In this document: positions 8,413 to 18,071 of the stretch, one piece after another | Layout of the letters: every line of letters starts with the position of its first letter | Position numbering within the stretch: position 1 is the stretch's first letter | Origin: Patescibacteria group bacterium | GTDB lineage: Bacteria; Patescibacteriota; Minisyncoccia; Phycocordibacterales; UBA918 | DNA: 57,280 nt | NCBI GenBank assembly: GCA_019750255.1 | Contig: JAIEOU010000007.1 | Span: 1 to 57,280 of the forward strand | Reading direction: 5' to 3' | Made by a program: the position numbers and the translations under genes | Notes under the pieces: generated by a model | Database searches by the model: none | Seen by the model: the letters and a program-made list of their open reading frames with translations, nothing else | Told to the model about the DNA's origin: nothing

Positions 8413-10125
8413 CTACATCCCTTCTTGCTTCTCCTTAATACCAAGATACTCCGGACGCTCCACCTCCATCCACTTCACCACATCACCCATAATCCGAGTG
8501 GCCCCGAGCATGTTGCTGCGCGGCGCCCGATCCATCATCATAATAAAAGCATACTGTGGCTTCTCATACGGAAAGAAACCGGCCGCCCACGAGTTTACGT
8601 ACGCGTTCCCTGCCCCTACTTCAGCCGTACCCGACTTTGCCGCAATCGCGACCAGCGGCCGGTCGAGCGAACGAGCGGTTCCGCCTGGATAATTTGTTGT
8701 CATGCGCATACCCTCATGAATGACGCGCAATTTGGCCAGGTCCATATCAATAGTTTTTGTCTCTCCTTGGGCCCCCTTCACAACATGAGGAGTCACGAGC
8801 GTGCCGCCCGAAGCTAAGGCCCCGTAGGCCCGCAACATCTGGAGTGGTGTCGTGAGGAAACCAAACTGACCAATTGCAGTGAAGTACGTATCACCGAGTC
8901 TCCAGTCATCGTCAAATTCTTTTCTCTTCCATGCCGGATCAGGGACTACCCCCACCTGCTCTTCTCCGAGAATCATTCCGGTACTACTCCCTAAGCCAAA
9001 GCGACGATAGTAATCAGCCATTTTGGTGATACCAAGTCCTCGTTGCTCGCCAAATCCACCTCCCACAATGTAGAAATAAACATTTGAGGAGTAGGCGATA
9101 GCTTCCCGCATATCCATAATCCCGTGAGCACGCCAGTCAGTAAAGCGGGACGGGTTCTGTGGATTATAAGGATTGGGAACCACAATTTCACCAGTACTTA
9201 CAAATTGCTTTTCCGGCGTGACTATTCCTTCAGCCAGCGCCGCATACGCTACAAATGGCTTCACAATCGATCCGGGAATATACACTCCCCCGACCACTTT
9301 ATTTAGAAACGGCAGACGAGTGTCCTTGTTGTACGACTCGATAGTACCAGTATCATCACCGTCGGCCATGATTTCCGGATCGTACGAAGGGAAACTGGTG
9401 AGCGCGAGGATTTCTCCCGTATGAATATCCATGATCGCTCCAGCCCCACTACGAAAACCGGCAGACGCACTGCTTGTGGCGATGATCTGATACATAGCCT
9501 CCGAAAGACCGGCATCAATTGAAAGTGTGAGAGGTTGGCCGGGCACGGCTGCTTCGATCGAATGTTCCGAAACAATTTCACCAAGAGCATCAACAGAAAT
9601 AATTTTTTTGCCGTTTTGCCCTTTTAAAATCGTGTCATAGGCGGATTCCGAACCACTAATGCCCTCGTATTCGGTTCGGTAGAAAAAACCCTTCTTATCC
9701 CGCTGTGGGTAGCTCACGTACCCAAGCACGTGCCCCATCCCCAAAGCGTCAGTATAAGCGCGGATCGGAAAGTCATAGAGACCTTTTTCATCAAGCTCGT
9801 TCCGGGCTACCATTTCGCCGCGACGATCATAAATTACTCCGCGTTCAGCAATAATTGCAGTCTGCGAAACACTATTATTATCCGCAATCGCGCTAAAATC
9901 GTCGCCGCGCACTACCTGAAGTGTATACACCTTACTCAGGAAAAGACCGGCCACAATCATAAAGGCAAAACCCACCAGCGAAAGGCTGCGTCGGGTTATG
10001 GGCAGCTCCCGCTTACCCTCAAGACGCATCTGGTCAAACGCCGGAATGTTGGATGAGTCGAGAAAAATTTCATCCACTTCAACGGGACGCACTTTTCGGG
10101 CACGAGACAAGAAAGGTAATTTCAT
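8413..10125 (-). CDS. mrdA: Penicillin-binding protein 2 (MrdA)
   Basis: ERGVIYDR, PGSIVKP (SxxK), SSN, KSGTAE; follows mreBC(D); start set at MKLPF. Confidence 0.9.
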   Translation of the reverse strand: MKLPFLSRARKVRPVEVDEIFLDSSNIPAFDQMRLEGKRELPITRRSLSLVGFAFMIVAGLFLSKVYTLQVVRGDDFSAIADNNSVSQTAIIAERGVIYDRRGEMVARNELDEKGLYDFPIRAYTDALGMGHVLGYVSYPQRDKKGFFYRTEYEGISGSESAYDTILKGQNGKKIISVDALGEIVSEHSIEAAVPGQPLTLSIDAGLSEAMYQIIATSSASAGFRSGAGAIMDIHTGEILALTSFPSYDPEIMADGDDTGTIESYNKDTRLPFLNKVVGGVYIPGSIVKPFVAYAALAEGIVTPEKQFVSTGEIVVPNPYNPQNPSRFTDWRAHGIMDMREAIAYSSNVYFYIVGGGFGEQRGLGITKMADYYRRFGLGSSTGMILGEEQVGVVPDPAWKRKEFDDDWRLGDTYFTAIGQFGFLTTPLQMLRAYGALASGGTLVTPHVVKGAQGETKTIDMDLAKLRVIHEGMRMTTNYPGGTARSLDRPLVAIAAKSGTAEVGAGNAYVNSWAAGFFPYEKPQYAFIMMMDRAPRSNMLGATRIMGDVVKWMEVERPEYLGIKEKQEGM

Positions 10126-10376
10126 ATAACCATTTCGGGTGTCCTCAAGCGCGGCCGAATAAACATCATCAGTAGCACTATCACCACCACACACAATGTC
10201 AGCCACGGTACCCGAGAGAACACCCCGTAAAAGGCATCTATAAGGACCGCTACGGCAATGAGCTCGTAACCAGTGTACCGAGTTGTATATGGGATAGTCA
10301 TGAGCGCCACAGCCCACCACGGGAAGAAGAGCGCACCCATAATTATTAACGCAAGTGATAACAGACGGACTATCAT
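10122..10376 (-). CDS. Small membrane protein in the mreD position
   Basis: Three hydrophobic segments; 4-bp overlaps with both mreC and mrdA. Confidence 0.6.
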   Translation of the reverse strand: MIVRLLSLALIIMGALFFPWWAVALMTIPYTTRYTGYELIAVAVLIDAFYGVFSRVPWLTLCVVVIVLLMMFIRPRLRTPEMVI

Positions 10377-11332
10377 AATGGTGTAAGCTCCGACTCAGGA
10401 AGCACATCAGTCGAGGTAGGGGTTGAGCTGGGGACTAGGAACTCCGCCACTGCTGGGATGTAGAAATATGAAGCGAGCAAGGCTTGAGTGGATGAAGCAA
10501 TAACCTCGGCCGCAGGAGGCGCGTCGGGTTTTTCACCGACCGTTACGTAGCGCAAAGACTGGATCGCTTCGGGCAATGTGACATAGGCATATTGTTCGGG
10601 TTGTGTCGAAGCATTCTCTACGTGACTGACCTGCCCGTACACGCCGGCATCATATGCCAACATGACCACCAAATCGCCAGGCATTACGCGTATACCTTGG
10701 GCAAACCGAACGCGTGAGACCCCACTACCCTGCCCCTCCATAGTAGCTACGAGCTTAGCTGCCGGAATATACACGGTCGACTGGAACCCTGCGGTGGTAA
10801 CCAACTCAACAAACGCATGGCGTGCACTTGTCTCCACCACACTACCAATAACCACATCACGGCCGGCAAACACCGGAGATCCAACAACCACCCCATCATC
10901 CGCTCCCTTATCAATCTGTATCAAGTCGTAAGCGAGCCACGGCGGCCGGGCCACCACCCGAGACAGCAGCCGTTTACTGGGCAATCCTTCCCCATACACA
11001 CTTCGAAGTGCAATGTTTTCTTCGGTAAGTCGATTGATGGTTAAAGTATGAGCCGTGCTGGAGTCAATCTGCGCACGTAATTCCTCAATCTCAGCCCGAA
11101 GCGCACTACGCTCTCTCAGATATGTCGGTATCATCCCTGGTGACTCGCGCACCCAGGACGCCACCCGAACAAACGGTGCCATAGCGATATCACTCACCAC
11201 TCCCATGAGTGTGGGTAATAAAAAACCGGCCGCAAGGACAAGGCCGAGAAAAATAAGCGTAAGCCGATGCCGCCGCTCACTGAAGAAGCTGCGGCGAGAG
11301 CTCGCCTTCGTTGTCGATGAGAACTTCTTCAT
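10373..11332 (-). CDS. mreC: Rod shape-determining protein MreC
   Basis: TM, coiled coil (LTEENIALR), IDKGADDGVVVGSPV; start set at MKKFS, overlapping the end of mreB. Confidence 0.88.
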   Translation of the reverse strand: MKKFSSTTKASSRRSFFSERRHRLTLIFLGLVLAAGFLLPTLMGVVSDIAMAPFVRVASWVRESPGMIPTYLRERSALRAEIEELRAQIDSSTAHTLTINRLTEENIALRSVYGEGLPSKRLLSRVVARPPWLAYDLIQIDKGADDGVVVGSPVFAGRDVVIGSVVETSARHAFVELVTTAGFQSTVYIPAAKLVATMEGQGSGVSRVRFAQGIRVMPGDLVVMLAYDAGVYGQVSHVENASTQPEQYAYVTLPEAIQSLRYVTVGEKPDAPPAAEVIASSTQALLASYFYIPAVAEFLVPSSTPTSTDVLPESELTPL

Positions 11333-12353
11333 ATTGATCAAGATTCTCGATAATGATACCAGCTCCTCGGACAACTGCACGAAGTGGGTCTGGTACCACC
11401 ACCACCGATACCTGAAGCGCTTCTTCAAGCACCCCAGCGAGGCCCGGAATCAGGGCTCCGCCTCCAGATAGATAAATACCTCGCTGCATGACGTCGGCAA
11501 GAACCTCGGGCGGGGTTTGTTCGAGAACGACCCGACAAGACTCAACAATCGTGTCGAGATGGCCCGCGATGGCGTCACGCACGTCATTTTCCGTGATAAC
11601 CACCTCTCGAGGAAGACCGCTCATAACATCACGGCCGCGCACCACCATGTCTTTAACGCCATCACTTTGCGTCACTGCCGCTAGAGCTATTTTTGCGTCT
11701 TCGGCCGTTTTTTCGCCCACATGCACTTTAAATTGGTCACGAATATAACTCACAATCGATGCATTAAGGTGATCGCCAGCCGTGCGCAGGTTCTTAGAAA
11801 CAACAATGCCATTGAGGGAAATCACCGCGATATCAGTAGTACCGCCACCAATGTCAATGATCATATTACCGACTGCCTTACCGACCGGCAGCTTAGCACC
11901 AATGGCTGCAGCCATTGGTTCTTCAACGAGGAACACATCACGTGCGCCAGCGTTCTTCGCAGCATCCCGGGCCGCTCGCATTTCTACGTTAGTAATTCCT
12001 GTTGGCACAGCGATGAGCATACGGGGTGCCACGAGCATCCTAACCGTACTACGCACCTTACCAATCAGGTAACCAAGCATTTCTTCAGTGACCTCAAAGT
12101 CAGAGATAACCCCATCGACAAGCGGTCGCACCACCTCGATATGAGTCGGTGTACGACCCTGCATCACCTTGGCATCATTTCCAACTGCAACCAACTGCCC
12201 CGTCTTTTTATTAATCGCTACAATTGTCGGTTCATTGAGAACAATCCCCTTACCCTTTACATACACGAGCGTGTTGGCAGTACCGAGGTCAATCGCTAGA
12301 TCAGTTGAGACAAGTCCGAGAAGATTATTGATGTGCTTTGAAAGGGCGCTCAT
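11277..12353 (-). CDS. mreB: Rod shape-determining protein MreB
   Basis: IDLGTANT, EEPMAAAIGA, DIGGGTTD, GEKTAE, LSGGGA. Confidence 0.97.
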   Translation of the reverse strand: MSALSKHINNLLGLVSTDLAIDLGTANTLVYVKGKGIVLNEPTIVAINKKTGQLVAVGNDAKVMQGRTPTHIEVVRPLVDGVISDFEVTEEMLGYLIGKVRSTVRMLVAPRMLIAVPTGITNVEMRAARDAAKNAGARDVFLVEEPMAAAIGAKLPVGKAVGNMIIDIGGGTTDIAVISLNGIVVSKNLRTAGDHLNASIVSYIRDQFKVHVGEKTAEDAKIALAAVTQSDGVKDMVVRGRDVMSGLPREVVITENDVRDAIAGHLDTIVESCRVVLEQTPPEVLADVMQRGIYLSGGGALIPGLAGVLEEALQVSVVVVPDPLRAVVRGAGIIIENLDQYEEVLIDNEGELSPQLLQ

Positions 12354-12499
12354 ACAATAAGTTCATAAGCGGGACAAAAACACACAGCCGCAAGGCGCGA
12401 TTGAGGGAGCATGGGAGACGTATTTTTTATACGATGATCATGCGAGCGAGTGAAGCAACAAAGCGGCTGTGAGAATTTCGTCATGCGGAGGGCATTGTA

Positions 12500-13765
12500 C
12501 TACGTGTTGGGGTCGTTATCAAAATCAGCATAAAGTTCTTCTTCTGTCAGACGGCGGACTTCACCCGTCGCACGTGTTACAACCTCAAAAGTGCCCTCCT
12601 CGCGCCCTTTTCGGCTCGCCACAACTCGGTACGGCATACCCATGAGGTCACTATCAGCGAACTTCTCGCCCGGGCGAGCATCACGATCATCAAACAAGGT
12701 CTCAATACCGTGCTCGATAAGATTCTGGTAGATACCATTTACCCAATCACGCACCACTTCATCTTCGAGGTTTAAACCGACCAGGTGTACCGTAAACGGA
12801 GCCACACTTTTTGGCCACACAATACCCTTATCATCAGCAAACTTTTCTACCAGTACGCCCATGAGACGCGTCACACCGATACCATACGAACCCATAAACG
12901 GCGCCACAGTTTCACCCACTTCATTTTTATAAGCCAAGCCTAAGTCGGTTGCTTTTTGTTGACCAAAATTAAAGATATTTCCCACTTCGGCCGTCTTCAC
13001 CATCTCAAGCTCGTCTTTAGTGACCCCGAGCGACGAAAGCGTCTCCTCATTTAAAACCTCTTCGTTTATCGCAATTCCCTTTTCACGATTGATATAAATG
13101 ACATCCTCACCCGCCTCACAAATAGTTTGGAATTCGTGACTAAACTTGGTAAACGCACCGCCAGCTGCAAAGGTAACGAAAGTGTCATCACCAACCCCGA
13201 CCCGCCTAAACACATTCATGTAGGCTGGTTTCGTTGCTTCATAGTACGCCACATGGGACGCTTCGTCGGCAGCAAAAGAATACATATCCTTCATCACAAA
13301 CTCACGCCCACGCATAATGCCACTTTTTGCGCGAGTCTCGTTACGAAGTTTAGTCTGAAATTGATATACCGAAATCGGTAAATCTTTGTAACTTGAGAGG
13401 TGCCCCTTGAGCATTTCCCCAATCGGCTCTTCATGACTCCAACCAAACCCAACTTCACCACCCGCTTTCAGTTCGGACTTAAACCATACATCTACCATCT
13501 CATCACTCCAGCGATCCGTACGTTCCCACAACTCTTTACGTTGGAGCGAAGTCATAATCAATTCTTGGCTCGCAATGGCGTTCATTTCTTCACGCACAAT
13601 CTGCTTAATTTTTTCAACCACGCAGAAACCGAGCGGTAGATAGGCATAGACGCCAGCCATTTCCTTATGAATATAGCCGGCTCGAATGAGAAGCTGGGCA
13701 TTCTTAGCCACCTCGTCTGCTGGTGCCTCTTTTCGGGTCTTAGTAAATAGTTGTGATTGTCGCAT
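12500..13765 (-). CDS. proS: Prolyl-tRNA synthetase, bacterial type without the INS editing domain
   Basis: QLLIRAG, RGREFVMKDMYSF, EVGNIF, MGSYGIGVTR, GEKFADSDL; ~421 aa; start set at MRQSQ. Confidence 0.95.
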   Translation of the reverse strand: MRQSQLFTKTRKEAPADEVAKNAQLLIRAGYIHKEMAGVYAYLPLGFCVVEKIKQIVREEMNAIASQELIMTSLQRKELWERTDRWSDEMVDVWFKSELKAGGEVGFGWSHEEPIGEMLKGHLSSYKDLPISVYQFQTKLRNETRAKSGIMRGREFVMKDMYSFAADEASHVAYYEATKPAYMNVFRRVGVGDDTFVTFAAGGAFTKFSHEFQTICEAGEDVIYINREKGIAINEEVLNEETLSSLGVTKDELEMVKTAEVGNIFNFGQQKATDLGLAYKNEVGETVAPFMGSYGIGVTRLMGVLVEKFADDKGIVWPKSVAPFTVHLVGLNLEDEVVRDWVNGIYQNLIEHGIETLFDDRDARPGEKFADSDLMGMPYRVVASRKGREEGTFEVVTRATGEVRRLTEEELYADFDNDPNT

Positions 13766-13870
13766 ATGGACACATTGTATAGGAAATGGGTCATTTTTCA
13801 CAATAAACAAGCCCCTGGAAAGATAATCCAGAGGCCAGTAAACAATACTATGTCGAGTTTCAGTCAAGGC

Positions 13871-14977
13871 CTACAACAACCGCATGATGTCACCGTAGGT
13901 GACGAGCACCATAAGAGCCATAAGAAGAATGAATCCGGCAGCATTGAGCCGGTGGGTCCAAGCAGCGTTGGCGGGGCGTCGAAATACGACTTCACCGAGA
14001 AGCATGAGAAGTCGCCCCCCATCAAGCGCTGGAAACGGTAAGAGGTTAATGATGGCTAGATTAAGCGAAATGATAGCCACAAACGCAAACAGTGACGTAA
14101 GTCCAAAGGCTGCAGCATCACTCACCATACCCGCAATACCGATCGGGCCGGCTACCTGCGAAAGATCAGCCTCACCAACGACCGCATTTCCAATCAACAT
14201 GGCGAGGCCGGCGGTAATAGCGGTGAGTCCCTCCCACGTTGCGGTCGCTGCACTGCCGAGGGCAGCTATAAACGACTGTTTTTCATTGGCGACGAGCGAG
14301 AGCGCGAGGCCAACCGCCTTCCGCTGCGTATCACTCTCAATCAAACCAGCCACGGGAGTCACGGTTTTTGTTTGTTCGGTGTCACCGGAGAGGACCGTGA
14401 TTGAAATAGCTTCTTCGGGACGCTCGGTAACAAACGCGCTAAAGGCCGCCGGTGTCAGGGTGTCGAGCGTGGATTCTCCGGCCTCAACCCGAGTAATACG
14501 TGAGCCCGGGGTAATATCAGTGCCAAGCGGACTACCCGGGAGCACGCTTACGATATACAGCTCGGCATTATCGGGAATCGGAGCACCCTCCTCTACCGCC
14601 ACTGGTACACCCATCATAAACACGGCTACATAAAGGAAATATGCCAACACTACATTCATAAAGACACCGGCAACCAACACGAGCGCCTGCGCCCATTTCG
14701 GCCTGGCCCACATAGCGCGATCGTGATCAGGATCTTGCTCCTCCCCTTCACCATGAACCAGGGCCTCACCGTAAATGCGCACAAATCCACCCAAAGGAAG
14801 TGCGTTCAGTGTATATTCGGTCTCACCCTTCTTAAAACCAAATAAACGCGGCGGAAAGCCAATGCCGAATTCGTCCACCCGCATGCCGGTTTTTTTAGCG
14901 ACAATGTAGTGTCCCCACTCATGCACGAGCACAAGGACAAATAAGACAGCAAGAAAGAGGACAATAGTAGTAATCAT
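13871..14977 (-). CDS. rseP: Site-2 intramembrane metalloprotease RseP with PDZ-like region
   Basis: HEWGH, FGIGF, PLGGFVRI, NLLPFPALDGG. Confidence 0.93.
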   Translation of the reverse strand: MITTIVLFLAVLFVLVLVHEWGHYIVAKKTGMRVDEFGIGFPPRLFGFKKGETEYTLNALPLGGFVRIYGEALVHGEGEEQDPDHDRAMWARPKWAQALVLVAGVFMNVVLAYFLYVAVFMMGVPVAVEEGAPIPDNAELYIVSVLPGSPLGTDITPGSRITRVEAGESTLDTLTPAAFSAFVTERPEEAISITVLSGDTEQTKTVTPVAGLIESDTQRKAVGLALSLVANEKQSFIAALGSAATATWEGLTAITAGLAMLIGNAVVGEADLSQVAGPIGIAGMVSDAAAFGLTSLFAFVAIISLNLAIINLLPFPALDGGRLLMLLGEVVFRRPANAAWTHRLNAAGFILLMALMVLVTYGDIMRLL

Positions 14978-15513
14978 TGATCAAGTTCTGATTCCTTGTG
15001 CTCATAAAGAGCCTCAAGCTTTCGATTAACGTCTTCTGTTTGCTTTTGAATAGTTTCTTTTTCAGAAAATTTTTCGTCTTCACTAATATCACCATCTTTA
15101 AAACGCTTTTCCATATCTTTCTGAGCATCATCACGCGCTGCCCGCACCGCAATGCGCGCATCTTCGAGCTTACTTTTCGCAATTTTTTTTAATTGGACGC
15201 GACGCTCACTCGTGAGCTCAGGAAACATAACTCGCACCCCAGCCGAATCTGTCATCACCGACACACCCAAATCAGCCTCGCGGAGTGCTCGCTCAATTGC
15301 CGCAATCTGGGAAGTATCCCAAGGAGCAATTCGGATGGTGCGGGCGTCTTCCACCCCCACGGAACCCACTTGGTTAAGTGGCAACATACTGCCATAACTT
15401 TCTACACGCACACCATCAATGAGCGCTGGAGTTGCCCTTCCGGTACGAATACCAGCAAACTCCTTTTCCAGCCAAACAATAATTTCCTTTACGCGGTCGT
15501 GATGTGTGTCCAT
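14974..15513 (-). CDS. frr: Ribosome recycling factor
   Basis: IRTGRATP, PELTSERR, RIAVRAARDD. Confidence 0.96.
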   Translation of the reverse strand: MDTHHDRVKEIIVWLEKEFAGIRTGRATPALIDGVRVESYGSMLPLNQVGSVGVEDARTIRIAPWDTSQIAAIERALREADLGVSVMTDSAGVRVMFPELTSERRVQLKKIAKSKLEDARIAVRAARDDAQKDMEKRFKDGDISEDEKFSEKETIQKQTEDVNRKLEALYEHKESELDQ

Positions 15514-15573
15514 GATTATGAATATGGCGTTACTGGTATAAAATATTTTTCAATCTCTTTGGTATGTTCTATT

Positions 15574-16215
15574 TTAGCGCGCTTTTGTTGCTGAGGAAAC
15601 ATGCGCCATGGTCAGAGCAACCTCTTCCAGCAACATTTTGTTACTGGCACCTCGCGTCCCAATCGTAGTCAGGGCAAAATACAAACGCTGGGCCGAGCTT
15701 TGTGGAATAGTAACCATGTGCGGAGCAATGAAAGCCAAAGCCCCTTGCTTAATTGCTTCTATCCAGACCTGATCCTTGTCCTTTGTCCGCTTTTCAATTT
15801 CACCGAGCTGCCCGGCAATCGGGAGCCGTTGCCAGGCCGCAAACACCTCCCCAACATCATTACTAACATTACTACTGCCACCCACCACTGACAACCGTGA
15901 CAAAACCGTCGGCAGCAAAGCCGCTCCGGCCGCAAAAAAACAGTGAAACGAAACACCCCGTGGAGGCTCTTCAAGAACCTTCAGAAGGGCATTTTGCGCT
16001 TCCACCGTGAGCGAGGTTGCATCCAGAACAAACAACCGTTCGCGACCTACCGGGTCAGTATGTTGCACCTCAAGAGCCAGTGCGCGACTATCATCAATTC
16101 CCCACGCACTTCTCAGAAACAGAGTCACTACACCATGAGCGCGAAGTGCCTCAATAAGTACGTGCTTAGCTTCGGGTGAACGCTCTTGATATAAGAACGC
16201 ATGATGGTTGTGCAT
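15574..16215 (-). CDS. holB: DNA polymerase III delta' subunit-like protein (shortened)
   Basis: HHAFL, EAQNALLKVLEEPP, LLPTVLSR; no zinc-finger cysteines. Confidence 0.75.
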   Translation of the reverse strand: MHNHHAFLYQERSPEAKHVLIEALRAHGVVTLFLRSAWGIDDSRALALEVQHTDPVGRERLFVLDATSLTVEAQNALLKVLEEPPRGVSFHCFFAAGAALLPTVLSRLSVVGGSSNVSNDVGEVFAAWQRLPIAGQLGEIEKRTKDKDQVWIEAIKQGALAFIAPHMVTIPQSSAQRLYFALTTIGTRGASNKMLLEEVALTMAHVSSATKAR

Positions 16216-16224
16216 AGGAGCCGA

Positions 16225-17661
16225 TTATGCCCCCTTCCGACGATTTTGCAAATCAATGATGTGTCGAATGACTCGGCGAAGATAGTGTTCAAAGGCCTCA
16301 TCTTGTTCATAGATTATTCCTTGTTCGTAGCGCCACCCATTCATGTAGTCGGTAACACTCTGGCGAATTTCCTGGGTTGCACCATCATACCGTCCAGCTA
16401 AAATAAGTGGAATAGTAACCTTAGCTAACGTTTTAAACAGTGGGTGCTCACGACCCTTTGGACCAGTGCCAAAAAGACCACTTTTCTTAAATATATTCCA
16501 TTCAGCCAAAAGCTGTTCAAGGCCTGCGTCTACCTCTTTAGTAAACAGGGGGTCACCGGCAACGCTGCTCGTTGAAAGAGAGGCCGCATCTGGTAAATCG
16601 TCGGGAGTAAGCAGCCGGTCAATGTCATCAGCCAATGAGGCTGCTTTAAAGCCCGAGACAGGGCCTGGCGCGGTAACTGGAGCAGGTGTGGGACTAGCAG
16701 GAGGTATCGGTACTTCAGTTCCCCATCGCGAATCACCAAGGGATGGAGCTGGTGTCGCAGCTGGACTAGTCGATGGTGCTGGGGCGGCCGCTACGGGTAA
16801 AGGAGTGACAACAGCCGATTGCGGAGCTGGAGCGGCCGCCGCTACCGCTGCCACCGAAGTACTTTTTCCACCCGCTGCGTGCAGCGCAATGGCTGCTTCA
16901 ACTGCAGTATAAGCATCTTCGAGACGCACCATTGCTTGACCAACATCACCCTGTGCGCCGCCGCTTACACGCTTCATGGCCTCAAGGAGCGCCATCATGT
17001 ACTCTCTCCCAACAGTATTATCAATATCAACCAGGTTCACCGGATTACCCACTTTTAGATTAACGGCTGATTTAATTTCACGTATACGGTCAAGGGCTGG
17101 CGTACGTACCACGGGCGCGGTCGGTGGCATGATCGGGGCTGGAGCTGCCGGTACGGATACCGGTTCGACAGGTAGCGGTACGGGCGCTGAAGCCACCACA
17201 GGAGGCACCACTGGGGCTGGAGCTGGCGGCGTAACCGGAACGGAAGGGGCCACGACCACCAGCTCTGGTGCCGGCACTGGAGCTGGAGCTGGAGCTGGAG
17301 CGACAACTGGAGTCGCTACAGGTGCTGGGGCTGCATGACCAACAATTGAAACCGGAGAAAACTGCGGCGAAGGACGAGTGTTGCCATAAGGCCGCACCGG
17401 CTGGGGTGCTGCGGCTACCTTTGGCGTTTTTGCACCAACCGATACAGGGACAAGGCCATAGGTGTTAATTTTCTGTTCGAGCGAACGACGGACCGTTGCA
17501 TCACCACCACCATTAGCATAGAGAAATACCAGGTCGCGCAGCTCGCTTTTCTGATCTGAGGTAAGCTGACTCACCCGCACAGCAGCCAACACAGCCATCA
17601 CGCCCGCTTGTGAATTAAAATCAAAAGAACCTCCCTGCCCCAAGGAACTAGTGTTCGACAT
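16225..17661 (-). CDS. Hypothetical protein, three helical domains joined by Pro/Ala/Val-rich linkers
   Basis: 478-aa ORF with two low-complexity linkers; upstream extended -10 (TGG TAGTAT) 9 nt before ATG. Confidence 0.75.
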   Translation of the reverse strand: MSNTSSLGQGGSFDFNSQAGVMAVLAAVRVSQLTSDQKSELRDLVFLYANGGGDATVRRSLEQKINTYGLVPVSVGAKTPKVAAAPQPVRPYGNTRPSPQFSPVSIVGHAAPAPVATPVVAPAPAPAPVPAPELVVVAPSVPVTPPAPAPVVPPVVASAPVPLPVEPVSVPAAPAPIMPPTAPVVRTPALDRIREIKSAVNLKVGNPVNLVDIDNTVGREYMMALLEAMKRVSGGAQGDVGQAMVRLEDAYTAVEAAIALHAAGGKSTSVAAVAAAAPAPQSAVVTPLPVAAAPAPSTSPAATPAPSLGDSRWGTEVPIPPASPTPAPVTAPGPVSGFKAASLADDIDRLLTPDDLPDAASLSTSSVAGDPLFTKEVDAGLEQLLAEWNIFKKSGLFGTGPKGREHPLFKTLAKVTIPLILAGRYDGATQEIRQSVTDYMNGWRYEQGIIYEQDEAFEHYLRRVIRHIIDLQNRRKGA

Positions 17662-17725
17662 AACAAGTACATACTACCACTTCAACGGTCAGCCGGCTTG
17701 CGCGACACTGTGGGAAAGCTACACC

Positions 17726-18067
17726 TTACACAGTTTCTTTACGTGATCCATGTTCTGGATCCATCAGCATAAGCGCATTCTCACGAAAGCGGGTGATTTC
17801 GACATTAAGCTCCTCTGAAAAAGCCGGATAGTGCAAGGCAATATTCTCCATGAGCTCTTCACCCTCGCCAGCTCCCGCCACAAACACTTCGAAGGCGTCT
17901 CGCTCAGCATCACTTAATGACAAAGTAAACGTAAGAAGCGCACTTTGAAACAGCGTCGTGCCAATAGATGCGATGAAGTCTGCCTGCTCCTCTTCAGAGA
18001 GTGTATCCAAACCAAATAGCTCGGTGAGGTCTTGCTCGGTTGTGTCAGTAGTAGGTTCCATATACAC
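17726..18067 (-). CDS. Small acidic helical protein (resembles CPR DUF5663-type proteins)
   Basis: LFGLDTLSEEEQADFI pattern; 4-bp gap after the large upstream gene; family assignment from recall only. Confidence 0.65.
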   Translation of the reverse strand: MYMEPTTDTTEQDLTELFGLDTLSEEEQADFIASIGTTLFQSALLTFTLSLSDAERDAFEVFVAGAGEGEELMENIALHYPAFSEELNVEITRFRENALMLMDPEHGSRKETV

Positions 18068-18071
18068 GACA

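Noticed and set aside
7928-8817. ORFs 7928-8134, 8121-8321 and 8308-8817 (MQSLEQIRPSRGES...)
   Set aside because: They are translations of the palindromic repeat unit; the third runs antisense into mrdA
10126-10407. N-terminal extensions given by the ORF track for mrdA (also mreC, lysS, proS, crtI, crtEb, apbE)
   Set aside because: They overlap neighbouring genes or terminators; downstream ATGs fit family N-termini and promoter positions better
17270-17300. GCTGGA hexamer repeats, and the poly-Gly codons near 50540-50567, as contingency loci
   Set aside because: In-frame low-complexity linkers (Ala-Pro, Gly); unit changes would not shift the frame
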